From a virus (taxonomy: Duplodnaviria; Caudoviricetes), in the IMG/VR virus record IMGVR_UViG_2541047519_000001, positions 5,123-69,122 of that record: 64,000 bases of DNA. One strand, 5' to 3'. The translations under genes and the position numbers were made by a program. Below, piece by piece: positions 30,808 to 38,216 of this stretch. The notes beneath the pieces were generated by a model. That model searched no databases and was not told the DNA's origin. It was given only the letters and a program-made list of their open reading frames with translations. How positions within the stretch are numbered: position 1 is the first letter of the stretch; the number at the start of each line of letters is the position of its first letter.

Positions 30808-31782
30808 ATGACAATTGCAGTGAAAAAGAACCTTGTATCAGAATCAAAATACGCTTTGAAATGCCCTAATCACATGAACGCTGAATACATTACCATCCAC
30901 AACACGTACAATGATGCATGTGCTGCTAACGAGGTTAGCTACATGATCGGAAACACCAGTTCAACTAGTTTTCATTTTGCCGTTGATGACAAAGAGGTAA
31001 GGCAGGGTATCCCTACAAATCGTAACGCATGGCACACAGGAGACGGCACAAACGGCCCTGGTAACCGTAAGTCTATTGGCGTTGAAATCTGCTATAGCAA
31101 GTCAGGAGGCGCACAATACAAGGCGGCAGAGGAAAGAGCCATCAAGTTTGTGGCGCAGTTACTAAAAGAACGAGGCTGGGGCATTGATCGTGTTCGGAAG
31201 CATCAGGACTGGAACGGGAAATATTGTCCGCACCGTATCCTGTCAGAAGGTAGATGGGATGAGGTAAAAGCGGCTATTGCCAATGAATTAAGCAAAATCG
31301 GCGGTAAGAGCTCAAGTTCTTCAGGAGCTTCATCAGAACCCGGATCAACTTACACAGTCAAAAAAGGAGATACTCTTTCCGGAATTGCAAAGGCTCAAGG
31401 GGTAAGCATGGCAAACCTGCAGAGTTGGAACGGCATAAAGGACCCGAATAAGATCAAAGTTGGTCAGAAATTAAAACTAAAAAGCAACGGCGGATCTTCG
31501 GGTTCATCAACGAGCAGTAAAAAGTCATCATATACGCTGCCCTCAGGTATCTATAAAGTGAAAAGTCCATTGATGAAAGGAGCGGCTGTCAAACAGATTC
31601 AGAAAGCGTTGGCGGCTCTTTATTTCTATCCGGACAAAGGGGCGAAGAATAACGGCATTGACGGTGTGTATGGTCCGAAAACAGCAAACGCAGTAAAACG
31701 GTTCCAGATGATGCATGGGCTTTCTGCAGACGGTATTTACGGACCTAAAACCAAAGCGAAAATTGAAAGGCTATTGAAGTAA
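30808..31782 (+). CDS. Endolysin: N-acetylmuramoyl-L-alanine amidase with LysM and PG-binding domains (XlyA/XlyB-like)
   Basis: [29 protein letters not shown]; [13 protein letters not shown]; DGIYGPKT. Confidence 0.95.
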   Translation: MTIAVKKNLVSESKYALKCPNHMNAEYITIHNTYNDACAANEVSYMIGNTSSTSFHFAVDDKEVRQGIPTNRNAWHTGDGTNGPGNRKSIGVEICYSKSGGAQYKAAEERAIKFVAQLLKERGWGIDRVRKHQDWNGKYCPHRILSEGRWDEVKAAIANELSKIGGKSSSSSGASSEPGSTYTVKKGDTLSGIAKAQGVSMANLQSWNGIKDPNKIKVGQKLKLKSNGGSSGSSTSSKKSSYTLPSGIYKVKSPLMKGAAVKQIQKALAALYFYPDKGAKNNGIDGVYGPKTANAVKRFQMMHGLSADGIYGPKTKAKIERLLK

Positions 31783-31790
31783 ATAAATAA

Positions 31791-31816
31791 TCCCCTTGAG
31801 TAATCTCAAGGGGATA
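31791..31816. terminator. Hairpin between convergent lysin and lipoprotein genes
   Basis: ATCCCCTTGAG-TAAT-CTCAAGGGGAT. Confidence 0.8.
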
Positions 31817-31850
31817 CTTGTGTTTATTTCAGAAAAAGAGAAGGGGTATT

Positions 31851-32540
31851 TTAGAGGTCAATTTTTATTTCTTTTCCGTAAACAATAGCGTCGTCTTTGT
31901 TGTTGTCACTTTTCAAAACATTTTCACCCTTTAATCTAATGCTCTTTTCACTTTTATCAACAGGAACCCAAACCATATTATAGTCCATCTTTGACTTTGC
32001 CATCATTTTGATTGAAGATGGGTTAGGAATCCCCATATTTAAATTAAAATCTAAATCTACTTGCTGACCATCACTAATTACAGCTGTTCGAAAGCCTCTC
32101 CAAGATATTTCATCCTTCCCAGTGTTTTCAGTTTTATAAAAAATTTGAGCATATGTAAATCCTTTTGGATCACCGCCAAAATTATCTTTTAACTTTGCTT
32201 TAAAAGCATCAGAAAAATTTGTGATAGTAATCACCTTTGAATTAAGAAAATCTAACTTTAGATCGCCGATGATTAGTTTTTTATTACTAATATCTTTCAT
32301 TGCATTTAATGTGACTGTCCCGGTATCAGGGTCATATAAGCTATCACCAACATTATCTAATGTTTTTTTGCTGCTCTCTACTTGATTGCTGTTGTTGGGA
32401 TTATTGCTATTATTTTTACTCTCTGCGACGGTTGTATCTTTTTCTTGCTCTTTAGAATTTGCATTTGTCGAATTACTTCCACATGCTGAAAGAGCAAAGC
32501 ATAAAAGAAGAATAAATATTAAAAATCCAAGCTTTTTCAT
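31851..32540 (-). CDS. Hypothetical lipoprotein moron
   Basis: Lipobox LSA-C20, Asn/Ser-rich tether, AT-rich, antisense to phage genes. Confidence 0.8.
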   Translation of the reverse strand: MKKLGFLIFILLLCFALSACGSNSTNANSKEQEKDTTVAESKNNSNNPNNSNQVESSKKTLDNVGDSLYDPDTGTVTLNAMKDISNKKLIIGDLKLDFLNSKVITITNFSDAFKAKLKDNFGGDPKGFTYAQIFYKTENTGKDEISWRGFRTAVISDGQQVDLDFNLNMGIPNPSSIKMMAKSKMDYNMVWVPVDKSEKSIRLKGENVLKSDNNKDDAIVYGKEIKIDL

Positions 32541-32686
32541 ATAAGAAAGTCCCCTCTTTATTTTATAATGAACCATTTACATTTTAAAACAAATGAGTAT
32601 AATTTTCTATCTATCGTGGCATAGGCGGGACAACAACATTGAAGGACCGAAAACAAAAGCGACCTTGAAGCATTATTGAAGTGACA

Positions 32687-32722
32687 AAAAGACCCTTCCC
32701 AGCAAAGAGAAGGGTCTTTTTC
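32687..32722. terminator. Bidirectional intrinsic terminator
   Basis: AAAAAGACCCTTC...GAAGGGTCTTTTT. Confidence 0.75.
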
Positions 32723-32821
32723 TTACATTTCTTCTTTTTCTTTGGCGCATTTCTCGCAAAAACCATTTGTCTATAGTTCTGCTGGTTCTCCGCAGTTGCC
32801 GCATTTTGTTTGTACAGTCAC
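32723..32821 (-). pseudogene. Micro zinc-finger ORF (CGNC...CEKC) with internal TAG
   Basis: RBS AAAGGGG, GTG start, MTVQTKCGNCGEPAEL*TNGFCEKCAKEKEEM. Confidence 0.45.
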
Positions 32822-32897
32822 AACAATTCCCCCTTTCATTCCATTGAGAAAATTATAGCAATATGGTGAAAAAATACTAGTTTTTTCGTAATATCTA

Positions 32898-32926
32898 TTG
32901 ACTGTTGTAAATAGATATTATATAAT
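32898..32926 (+). promoter_or_regulatory. SigA promoter
   Basis: TTGACT-17 bp-TATAAT. Confidence 0.8.
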
Positions 32927-32951
32927 TAAAGTATAGAAAGGAGGTGCTAAA

Positions 32952-33095
32952 GTGGACGACGTAAGAAACATAGTTCTTATCATCGCGGCAGTCGTGACCA
33001 TTGTCAAAAATATCTACGATATATGGCAAAAGGAAAGCGAAAAGCGAGAGAAGAACAAAAAAAAGCGCTCCCGCCGGGTAAGCAAGAAGCGCTGA
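32952..33095 (+). CDS. Candidate type I toxin peptide (YonT-like), 47 aa
   Basis: RBS AAAGGAGG; hydrophobic IVLIIAAVVTIV and basic tail KNKKKRSRRVSKKR. Confidence 0.65.
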   Translation: MDDVRNIVLIIAAVVTIVKNIYDIWQKESEKREKNKKKRSRRVSKKR

Positions 33096-33134
33096 GACAT
33101 AGTGAGAGACAAGGGGATTGCTCCCCTTGCTCTT
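33057..33134 (-). ncRNA. Candidate cis-antisense antitoxin RNA (SR6-like)
   Basis: Minus-strand TG-n-TATAAT at 33140-33148 and TTTTCA at 33163-33168; 5' hairpin; terminator AGCGCT...AGCGCT plus T8. Confidence 0.6.
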
Positions 33135-33161
33135 ACCACATTATATCACGTCCACGAGCAT

Positions 33162-33371
33162 ATGAAAAAATATTTTAAGCAGTACAGTACATTAGATATG
33201 ACCACTTTGTTAATCATAATAGCGGGAATTGTTGCTATTGATTTCGAAAACGCCGGGACTCTCGGTAAGATCACAGGCATCATTTTATACCTGGCTGTGA
33301 TCTTCACGTTATTAAAAGGATTCATTATGATATGGAGAGAGAAAAGCCATGAAAGAAAGCGAAAAAATTAA
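33162..33371 (+). CDS. Small two-TM membrane protein (YoyJ-like position)
   Basis: Two hydrophobic segments; follows the toxin-like peptide. Confidence 0.6.
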   Translation: MKKYFKQYSTLDMTTLLIIIAGIVAIDFENAGTLGKITGIILYLAVIFTLLKGFIMIWREKSHERKRKN

Positions 33372-33579
33372 GTTTATCCAGGAAGAAGTTTTGACGGCAG
33401 CAGAAGCGGGTGAGCTGCTTGGAATCACCCGGCAGCGTTTAAGCACTCTGGTGACCTCCGGAAAGCTCAAGCCAGTTAAAAAGGTTGGGACAGTTGCATT
33501 GTTTTTGCTTGGACATGTACAAACCCTGAAAAAAGAATTGGAAGCCGGCCGGAAGAAGTACCGGCCGTATGATGAATGA
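33349..33579 (+). CDS. Xis/MerR-like HTH DNA-binding protein
   Basis: VLTAAEAGELLGITRQRLSTLV. Confidence 0.8.
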   Translation: MKESEKIKFIQEEVLTAAEAGELLGITRQRLSTLVTSGKLKPVKKVGTVALFLLGHVQTLKKELEAGRKKYRPYDE

Positions 33580-33852
33580 AGCCCTTCTCGAGATGAGGAG
33601 GGTTTTTATTTGTCCTACGTTTCCCACTTAACTAAAAAAACTTTGCTCCAATAAGGGAACTGAGATATATTTGTGGAATAATTTAAGAAAATTCCGACTA
33701 AAATGGTATTAAACAATTTAAAAAAATTTCGTGTGCTCAATGCATGATTTATAAGGTTTCCGTAAGGGTATGTACAAAATAGAACAAACTTTTCTCTTGT
33801 AAACTGAGAGTTGCTGTAGTATATTAAGGCAAGATAAACAAAATTTTTCCAC

Positions 33853-33881
33853 TTGTTTTCTTATGCAATATTCGATATAAT
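33853..33881 (+). promoter_or_regulatory. SigA-like promoter of the SecB triad
   Basis: TTGTTT-17 bp-TATAAT, 30 nt before ATG 33911. Confidence 0.65.
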
Positions 33882-33910
33882 ATATGGTTATTTGTCTGGA
33901 GGTGCTTATT

Positions 33911-34492
33911 ATGAATATAAGAGAATGGTTCGAATTGGAGCCAATGTACGCAGAAACCAAAGTTAATGAATCTGTTGACAGAATGTTAATTTTGTGCCGT
34001 GATGCTCTAAGCGAATATTTTTCTATTAGCGATTCTAAAGATATCAATGAACTTATTCAAAAAGCATATGAAAGTAGGGATAAGTCCTTGGATGAACCAT
34101 TTTTAGAATGGTTATTAGAAAAAGGTCTGCCTCGACTTCATAATATTGACTTCAGCAATTTACCTGATAATGAAAAATTAATTGCGATGATTGAAATTGA
34201 TGAGTTTGTATTAGAAAACGAGATGGATTTTTCAGATCCAGAAGAAGTTAGAGCGTGTATTATTTCGTTCGTGAACAGTTTGCCGGAATATATATCTTCT
34301 TGTAGTGAGATTGCAGCTTCTATAGAAGATGATATAGAAACTACACATTCAATTGAGATTGCAATTGAAGAAAATGCTTACGAAATAATTGATGATTATA
34401 TAATTGGCGAACTTGTATCAGGAACGTTAGACTGGGGATCTGCTGAGCAGGTCCCTTTTTATATGGAGGAATTTACATATGGAAACTTTTGA
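33911..34492 (+). CDS. Acidic hypothetical protein, first gene of SecB triad (antitoxin or sensor candidate)
   Basis: RBS GGAGGTG; Asp/Glu-rich tail ending FYMEEFTYGNF; 14-nt overlap with next gene. Confidence 0.75.
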   Translation: MNIREWFELEPMYAETKVNESVDRMLILCRDALSEYFSISDSKDINELIQKAYESRDKSLDEPFLEWLLEKGLPRLHNIDFSNLPDNEKLIAMIEIDEFVLENEMDFSDPEEVRACIISFVNSLPEYISSCSEIAASIEDDIETTHSIEIAIEENAYEIIDDYIIGELVSGTLDWGSAEQVPFYMEEFTYGNF

Positions 34493-34910
34493 ATACTACA
34501 AGTTAATAAAAACAGCGGTTCAATTAAGAGAAGTGAAATTACATTCAATAAATTGTTCGCTTTTGGATGCTAGTTCAAAAAATAGAAATCTCTCTCTTGA
34601 ACTGAACAGGCACGTTGAAGTCATATCAGATAGAGAAGCGCATATAAAATTACATGCGAAAGTACATTTTAAAGAAGATGGTCCTTTTTTAATCGATATA
34701 GTCTATTTAGGAAAAACTGAATTGTTAGACGAAAATATAGATAAACAGGATTTTGAAGAATATAATTTGCACTCTGTTGTCCCTTTATTACTTCCGTATG
34801 CCAGAGAATGTGTATCAAGCCTATTATCAAGAATGGGTTTCCCCGTTTACACAATTCCAACAATGGACATACTTGAATCGTTAAACGAAAACATGGAAAA
34901 GTCGGAGTAA
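34479..34910 (+). CDS. SecB-like chaperone
   Basis: VQLREVKL start; C-terminal LLPYARECVSSLLSRMGFPVYTIPTMD matches the SecB signature PYxRxxIS...GFPxxxLP. Confidence 0.82.
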   Translation: METFEYYKLIKTAVQLREVKLHSINCSLLDASSKNRNLSLELNRHVEVISDREAHIKLHAKVHFKEDGPFLIDIVYLGKTELLDENIDKQDFEEYNLHSVVPLLLPYARECVSSLLSRMGFPVYTIPTMDILESLNENMEKSE

Positions 34911-34912
34911 CT

Positions 34913-35608
34913 ATGAGTATTACCTTTGTTAGAAAAGATAAAATTGATAGTTTTGTGCCAACCGCCATACAAATTGCAAATCATTTTTCTGTAAAAAGAG
35001 AATCATGTTTATCTTTAATCAAAGTTATTCGAACTAAATGGAGTATAGATAACATCCCAAAACTATTAATGCTGTTTAAAAAAAAATTTTCTGTGTTTGA
35101 TGATGGACAAACACTTATTGAAATATTAGAAAAGGCGGTTTCAAAGTGTAACGACAACTACGATTTAAATAAACTTAGAGGCACATTAACAGAAGGATTA
35201 TTGCTAGGGAGATACAGCCAATCAATAATGAATGCCGAAACTTTTGGTTGGGGGGCACAAGTCATTATTATGGATAAGGATGGATATCCTAATGAATTAA
35301 AATATCATTGTCCTCTTCATAATGATGAAAATAATCCTGAGTGTTTTAGTAGAACAACGGTAGATCTTGGTTTTTGGAATGGGGAACATGGGGAATTTTT
35401 TGAGTGTAAAGTAAGACCAGATAATATTAAATGTCCAGAAATGAGTTTTATGAAATATTTAAATGGAGAGTTGACACAAAGTAATATAAAACATAATTTG
35501 TATTTCGTCACTACTGATACTTTAGATAGCATGAGAATGAAAGTGAAAAAAGATCACCCTAACGAAAAATTTTTTAAAATTATTAGTTTACAAGAAACAA
35601 GTGCGTAG
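34913..35608 (+). CDS. PD-(D/E)XK restriction-like nuclease
   Basis: RGTLTEG helix, TVDL strand, FFECK motif. Confidence 0.65.
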   Translation: MSITFVRKDKIDSFVPTAIQIANHFSVKRESCLSLIKVIRTKWSIDNIPKLLMLFKKKFSVFDDGQTLIEILEKAVSKCNDNYDLNKLRGTLTEGLLLGRYSQSIMNAETFGWGAQVIIMDKDGYPNELKYHCPLHNDENNPECFSRTTVDLGFWNGEHGEFFECKVRPDNIKCPEMSFMKYLNGELTQSNIKHNLYFVTTDTLDSMRMKVKKDHPNEKFFKIISLQETSA

Positions 35609-35641
35609 AGCCCACCAACTGGTGAGCTTTTTTTAATTATC

Positions 35642-35833
35642 TTAATTTATTATCCATTTTTTCTGTTGCTTATCCCATTTCAATTCACCTTTCATCAAAA
35701 GGCTTTTCACAGCTGCACGAATATCTGTTTCGCTCTTTCCTGTTTTTCTTTTCAAATCGTTCAAAGTTGAATTCTTCCCATACAGACGCATGTTCACTAT
35801 GATCTGATATACTTTCCGTTCAAAATCAGTCAT
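35642..35833 (-). CDS. Small winged-HTH protein at prophage right end
   Basis: MTDFERKVYQII...TLNDLKRKTGKS...GELKW; RBS GGGAG. Confidence 0.7.
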   Translation of the reverse strand: MTDFERKVYQIIVNMRLYGKNSTLNDLKRKTGKSETDIRAAVKSLLMKGELKWDKQQKKWIIN

Positions 35834-35850
35834 TTGATCATCTCCCAAAA

Positions 35851-35871
35851 TTGATGCCGTTTTTGATGCCG
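35851..35871 (+). repeat. Tandem 9-mer TTGATGCCG, likely integrase arm-type sites of the prophage
   Basis: Copies at 35851-35859 and 35863-35871, about 115 bp inside the att core. Confidence 0.55.
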
Positions 35872-35896
35872 AAACCCATATAAAATGATACAACAC

Positions 35897-35910
35897 AGTA
35901 CATATGTTCG
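35897..35910 (-). promoter_or_regulatory. LexA (Cheo) box-like site
   Basis: CGAACATATGTACT versus consensus CGAACRNRYGTTCG, upstream of 35833. Confidence 0.55.
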
Positions 35911-35985
35911 TAAATCAATCTTGGTGAAATGAAACCCAAAAAGATGGTATATCAGGTGGAAAAACGGCATAAATAGGGGCAATGC

Positions 35986-36003
35986 ATGGGCGGCATGATG
36001 TAA
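35986..36003 (+). repeat. att core (prophage attR / island attL), copy of the groEL 3' end
   Basis: ATGGGCGGCATGATGTAA, identical to 61753-61770; encodes MGGMM*. Confidence 0.88.
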
Positions 36004-36056
36004 TAAGGGTTTTAAAACCTTGTTATATCAACGTCTAAAATGATAATATGCTTTTC

Positions 36057-36077
36057 TTGTCCTCGGATTTGTCCTCG
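36057..36077 (+). repeat. Tandem TTGTCCTCG, island arm-type sites (left)
   Basis: Copies at 36057-36065 and 36069-36077; same pair at 61629-61649. Confidence 0.7.
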
Positions 36078-36116
36078 TTTTCTAAAAAACAAGGCAAACC
36101 ATGCAAGAATAGCTAA

Positions 36117-37281
36117 CTATAGGAGAAGGTCTTTCATCAGTTTGCTAAACTGTTGGGAGGCCTTTTCTTCCATATTGGAGGTCATATGGGCGTATATGTT
36201 CATTGTGGTATTGATATCCGTATGACCTAACCGCTGCTGGATTTCTTTAAGTCCCACCCCAGCTTCAATTAATAAAGAAGTGTGAGTATGTCTGAAGGAA
36301 TGGGGGGTGATATTTTTTTCTATCCCTGATTTATTCAGCAACCGTTTAAGCCTAGTTTCAATTACTTTTCTTAATTGCGGATGTCCATCATCCCGGGCGA
36401 ATATAAACCCATTATCTTTATAAATGAGCCTGTTTTTGAATTTAATCTCATTTTGCTTTACGATGCTTTTTTAATAAATTAACCAGGTGTTCATCAATCT
36501 TAATTGTTCGGACGGATCCCTTTGTTTTTGGAGTAAGTAGCTGGTAGCCCTCAAAGTTGTTATTTGGATTATATAAGGTTTTGGTAACCCTTAATGTTCC
36601 CTTTTTATGGTTAAAGTCAGTCCATTTTAAGGCTAGTAATTCTCCTATTCTTAGCCCCGAATATGAAAGGGTAGTAAAGACTTCTACATCCATTTCTAGC
36701 CCTTCAGATTGAGTTGTTTTCAGGAAGTGCGCAAGCTCTTCTTTCTCTAGGTATTTAATTTTTTCTTCTGCGCTTTCCAAATCCTCCACTTTAGTCTGCT
36801 GTTTTGGCAGTTTGAAATTTTCTGTAGGATTAATTTTCATTATCCCTAGCTCAACTGCTTGCCGGAATATCATGCGTCCGGTTGCCGCAATTCCATCCAT
36901 ATAATTTTTACTGTACTTTTCTGATAGATCCAGCATGCGGTCTTGATACATCTTTTTTGTAATTTGGCTGATTTTGAATGGTCCCCATACAGAAATAAAA
37001 TGTTTCACTTCCTTTTCTCTCGCCCGAACACTGCTTATTTTTACTCCGCTCCTACTGTACGTCTTTAACCAATCCTCTGCAAACTGCTCAAATGATAGTT
37101 TCGAGTCTTTAGCAAGAGTACCATTTTCTTTATCTAGTTCAATAATACGTGCTGCTGCTTGGGCTTCTTTCTTTGTTTTAAATCCACCTTTTGAAATTTC
37201 AAGTCGTTTTTTTGTTAGAGGATCTATCCCCAAGTAAACATGATAGCTCCATGTTTTTCCTCGTTGCTTGAATTTTGCCAT
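36117..37281 (-). pseudogene. Tyrosine integrase with a single-base frameshift near 36457
   Basis: Arm-binding N-term, RIGELLAL, HSFRH, LGH, catalytic Y; frame breaks at CGT AAA G CAA AAT GAG. Confidence 0.88.
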
Positions 37282-37346
37282 ATATATACCTCCGTCGATT
37301 TCTTTTACGATTGATAAAAAAATGTTGTTTATAAATTAAGTAAATC

Positions 37347-37709
37347 TTAAGAATCATTTTTTTTCCTTTCTCTATAAGCTTCTTGTTTGCACGCATCAGA
37401 GCAATATTGTTGCCTTTTAATTTTCATAAAAGGGAGCTGGCATTTGGGATTTTGGCAAATATCGACTACCATATTGGCGTTTATTAATTGCCATAGATCG
37501 TAATAAATAGCGGTGATTAAGTATTCAGTAGTCTTTTTTTCCAAAACATAAAACCCCAAAGCGTTTTTCTCAGTTTCAATTATTTCGCTTGCCTTGATTA
37601 CAATACCATTTGAAGCGTATCGTTCTATCGACTTACGTAGAACCAAGCGGCCAATCTTTAAAAAATCGGATGCTTCTTCTTCCTTAACATTAACCAGTGT
37701 AGGTAGCAA
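37347..37709 (-). CDS. CGNR-type zinc-finger protein
   Basis: C-terminal CQNPKC...QYCSDACKQEAYRERK. Confidence 0.65.
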   Translation of the reverse strand: MLPTLVNVKEEEASDFLKIGRLVLRKSIERYASNGIVIKASEIIETEKNALGFYVLEKKTTEYLITAIYYDLWQLINANMVVDICQNPKCQLPFMKIKRQQYCSDACKQEAYRERKKNDS

Positions 37710-37736
37710 TAGGTTTTATAGAAGGGGGGTAGCCTT

Positions 37737-37910
37737 ATGAATCAGAACGAGGACTTGAAAAGGGCTAGAGGTAATATTCCATATTCAGCTATAGCTTCAA
37801 AACTTCGTGTAAGTGAAAGTACCCTTTATAGATGGTTTAGAAGTAAGCTCTCTATTGAAAGAAAAAAAGAAATTTTAAATGCCATCAAGGAAATTATGGA
37901 GGTGGAATAG
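37737..37910 (+). CDS. Cro-like HTH protein
   Basis: Read by hand: IPYSAIASKLRVSESTLYRW; RBS GAAGGGGGG. Confidence 0.7.
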   Translation: MNQNEDLKRARGNIPYSAIASKLRVSESTLYRWFRSKLSIERKKEILNAIKEIMEVE

Positions 37911-37911
37911 T

Positions 37912-38184
37912 TTGTTTGAAATAAAAATGGACTATGACGAGCTCAAAAAACTTTATTTAGATGAAGTGCAAAAGCGTTTAGACAAAATCGAGTTCCATGC
38001 ATTACTTTTGGATTCAAAACAACTTTGCAAAATGCTTTCCCTCTCATGGCCAACAGTGGAAAAAACCTTTTTAATTGATCCGAATTTTCCTAGAATGAGA
38101 ATCGGCACAAAGTGGGTTTTTAACAGAAAAGAGGTACAGGAATACATTGACCGATGGTCCCTGGAAAACAGGAAAAAGGCTTGA
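37912..38184 (+). CDS. AlpA/excisionase-like HTH protein
   Basis: LLDSKQLCKMLSLSWPTV...FPRMRIGTKWVFNRKEV. Confidence 0.75.
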   Translation: MFEIKMDYDELKKLYLDEVQKRLDKIEFHALLLDSKQLCKMLSLSWPTVEKTFLIDPNFPRMRIGTKWVFNRKEVQEYIDRWSLENRKKA

Positions 38185-38216
38185 TGTTTAAACAGCTTGG
38201 ATAGAAACGAGGTGAA

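Larger units (their letters stand above)
1..36003 (+). mobile_element. Siphovirus-type temperate prophage, right part (left end and integrase outside window)
   Basis: Co-oriented replication, packaging, HK97-type head, long tail and lysis genes in canonical order; ends at the groEL-like att core 35986-36003. Confidence 0.95.

Noticed and set aside
61-31782. Many minus-strand and alternate-frame ORFs over phage genes (e.g. 9616-10158, 13213-13794, 19370-19873)
   Set aside because: They are shadows of well-supported genes, with no RBS or recognisable motif.
33911-35608. Assignment to a known TAC (HigBAC, MqsRAC, HicABC, CmdTAC)
   Set aside because: No RelE/HigB, HicA or ART toxin motif and no clear HTH antitoxin; the gene order also differs.
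36448-36460. Programmed frameshift in the island integrase
   Set aside because: No canonical slippery heptamer at the break; a simple indel is more parsimonious.
37199-37396. Minus-strand ORF bridging the zinc-finger gene and the integrase
   Set aside because: It overlaps both real genes out of frame and covers the integrase RBS region.
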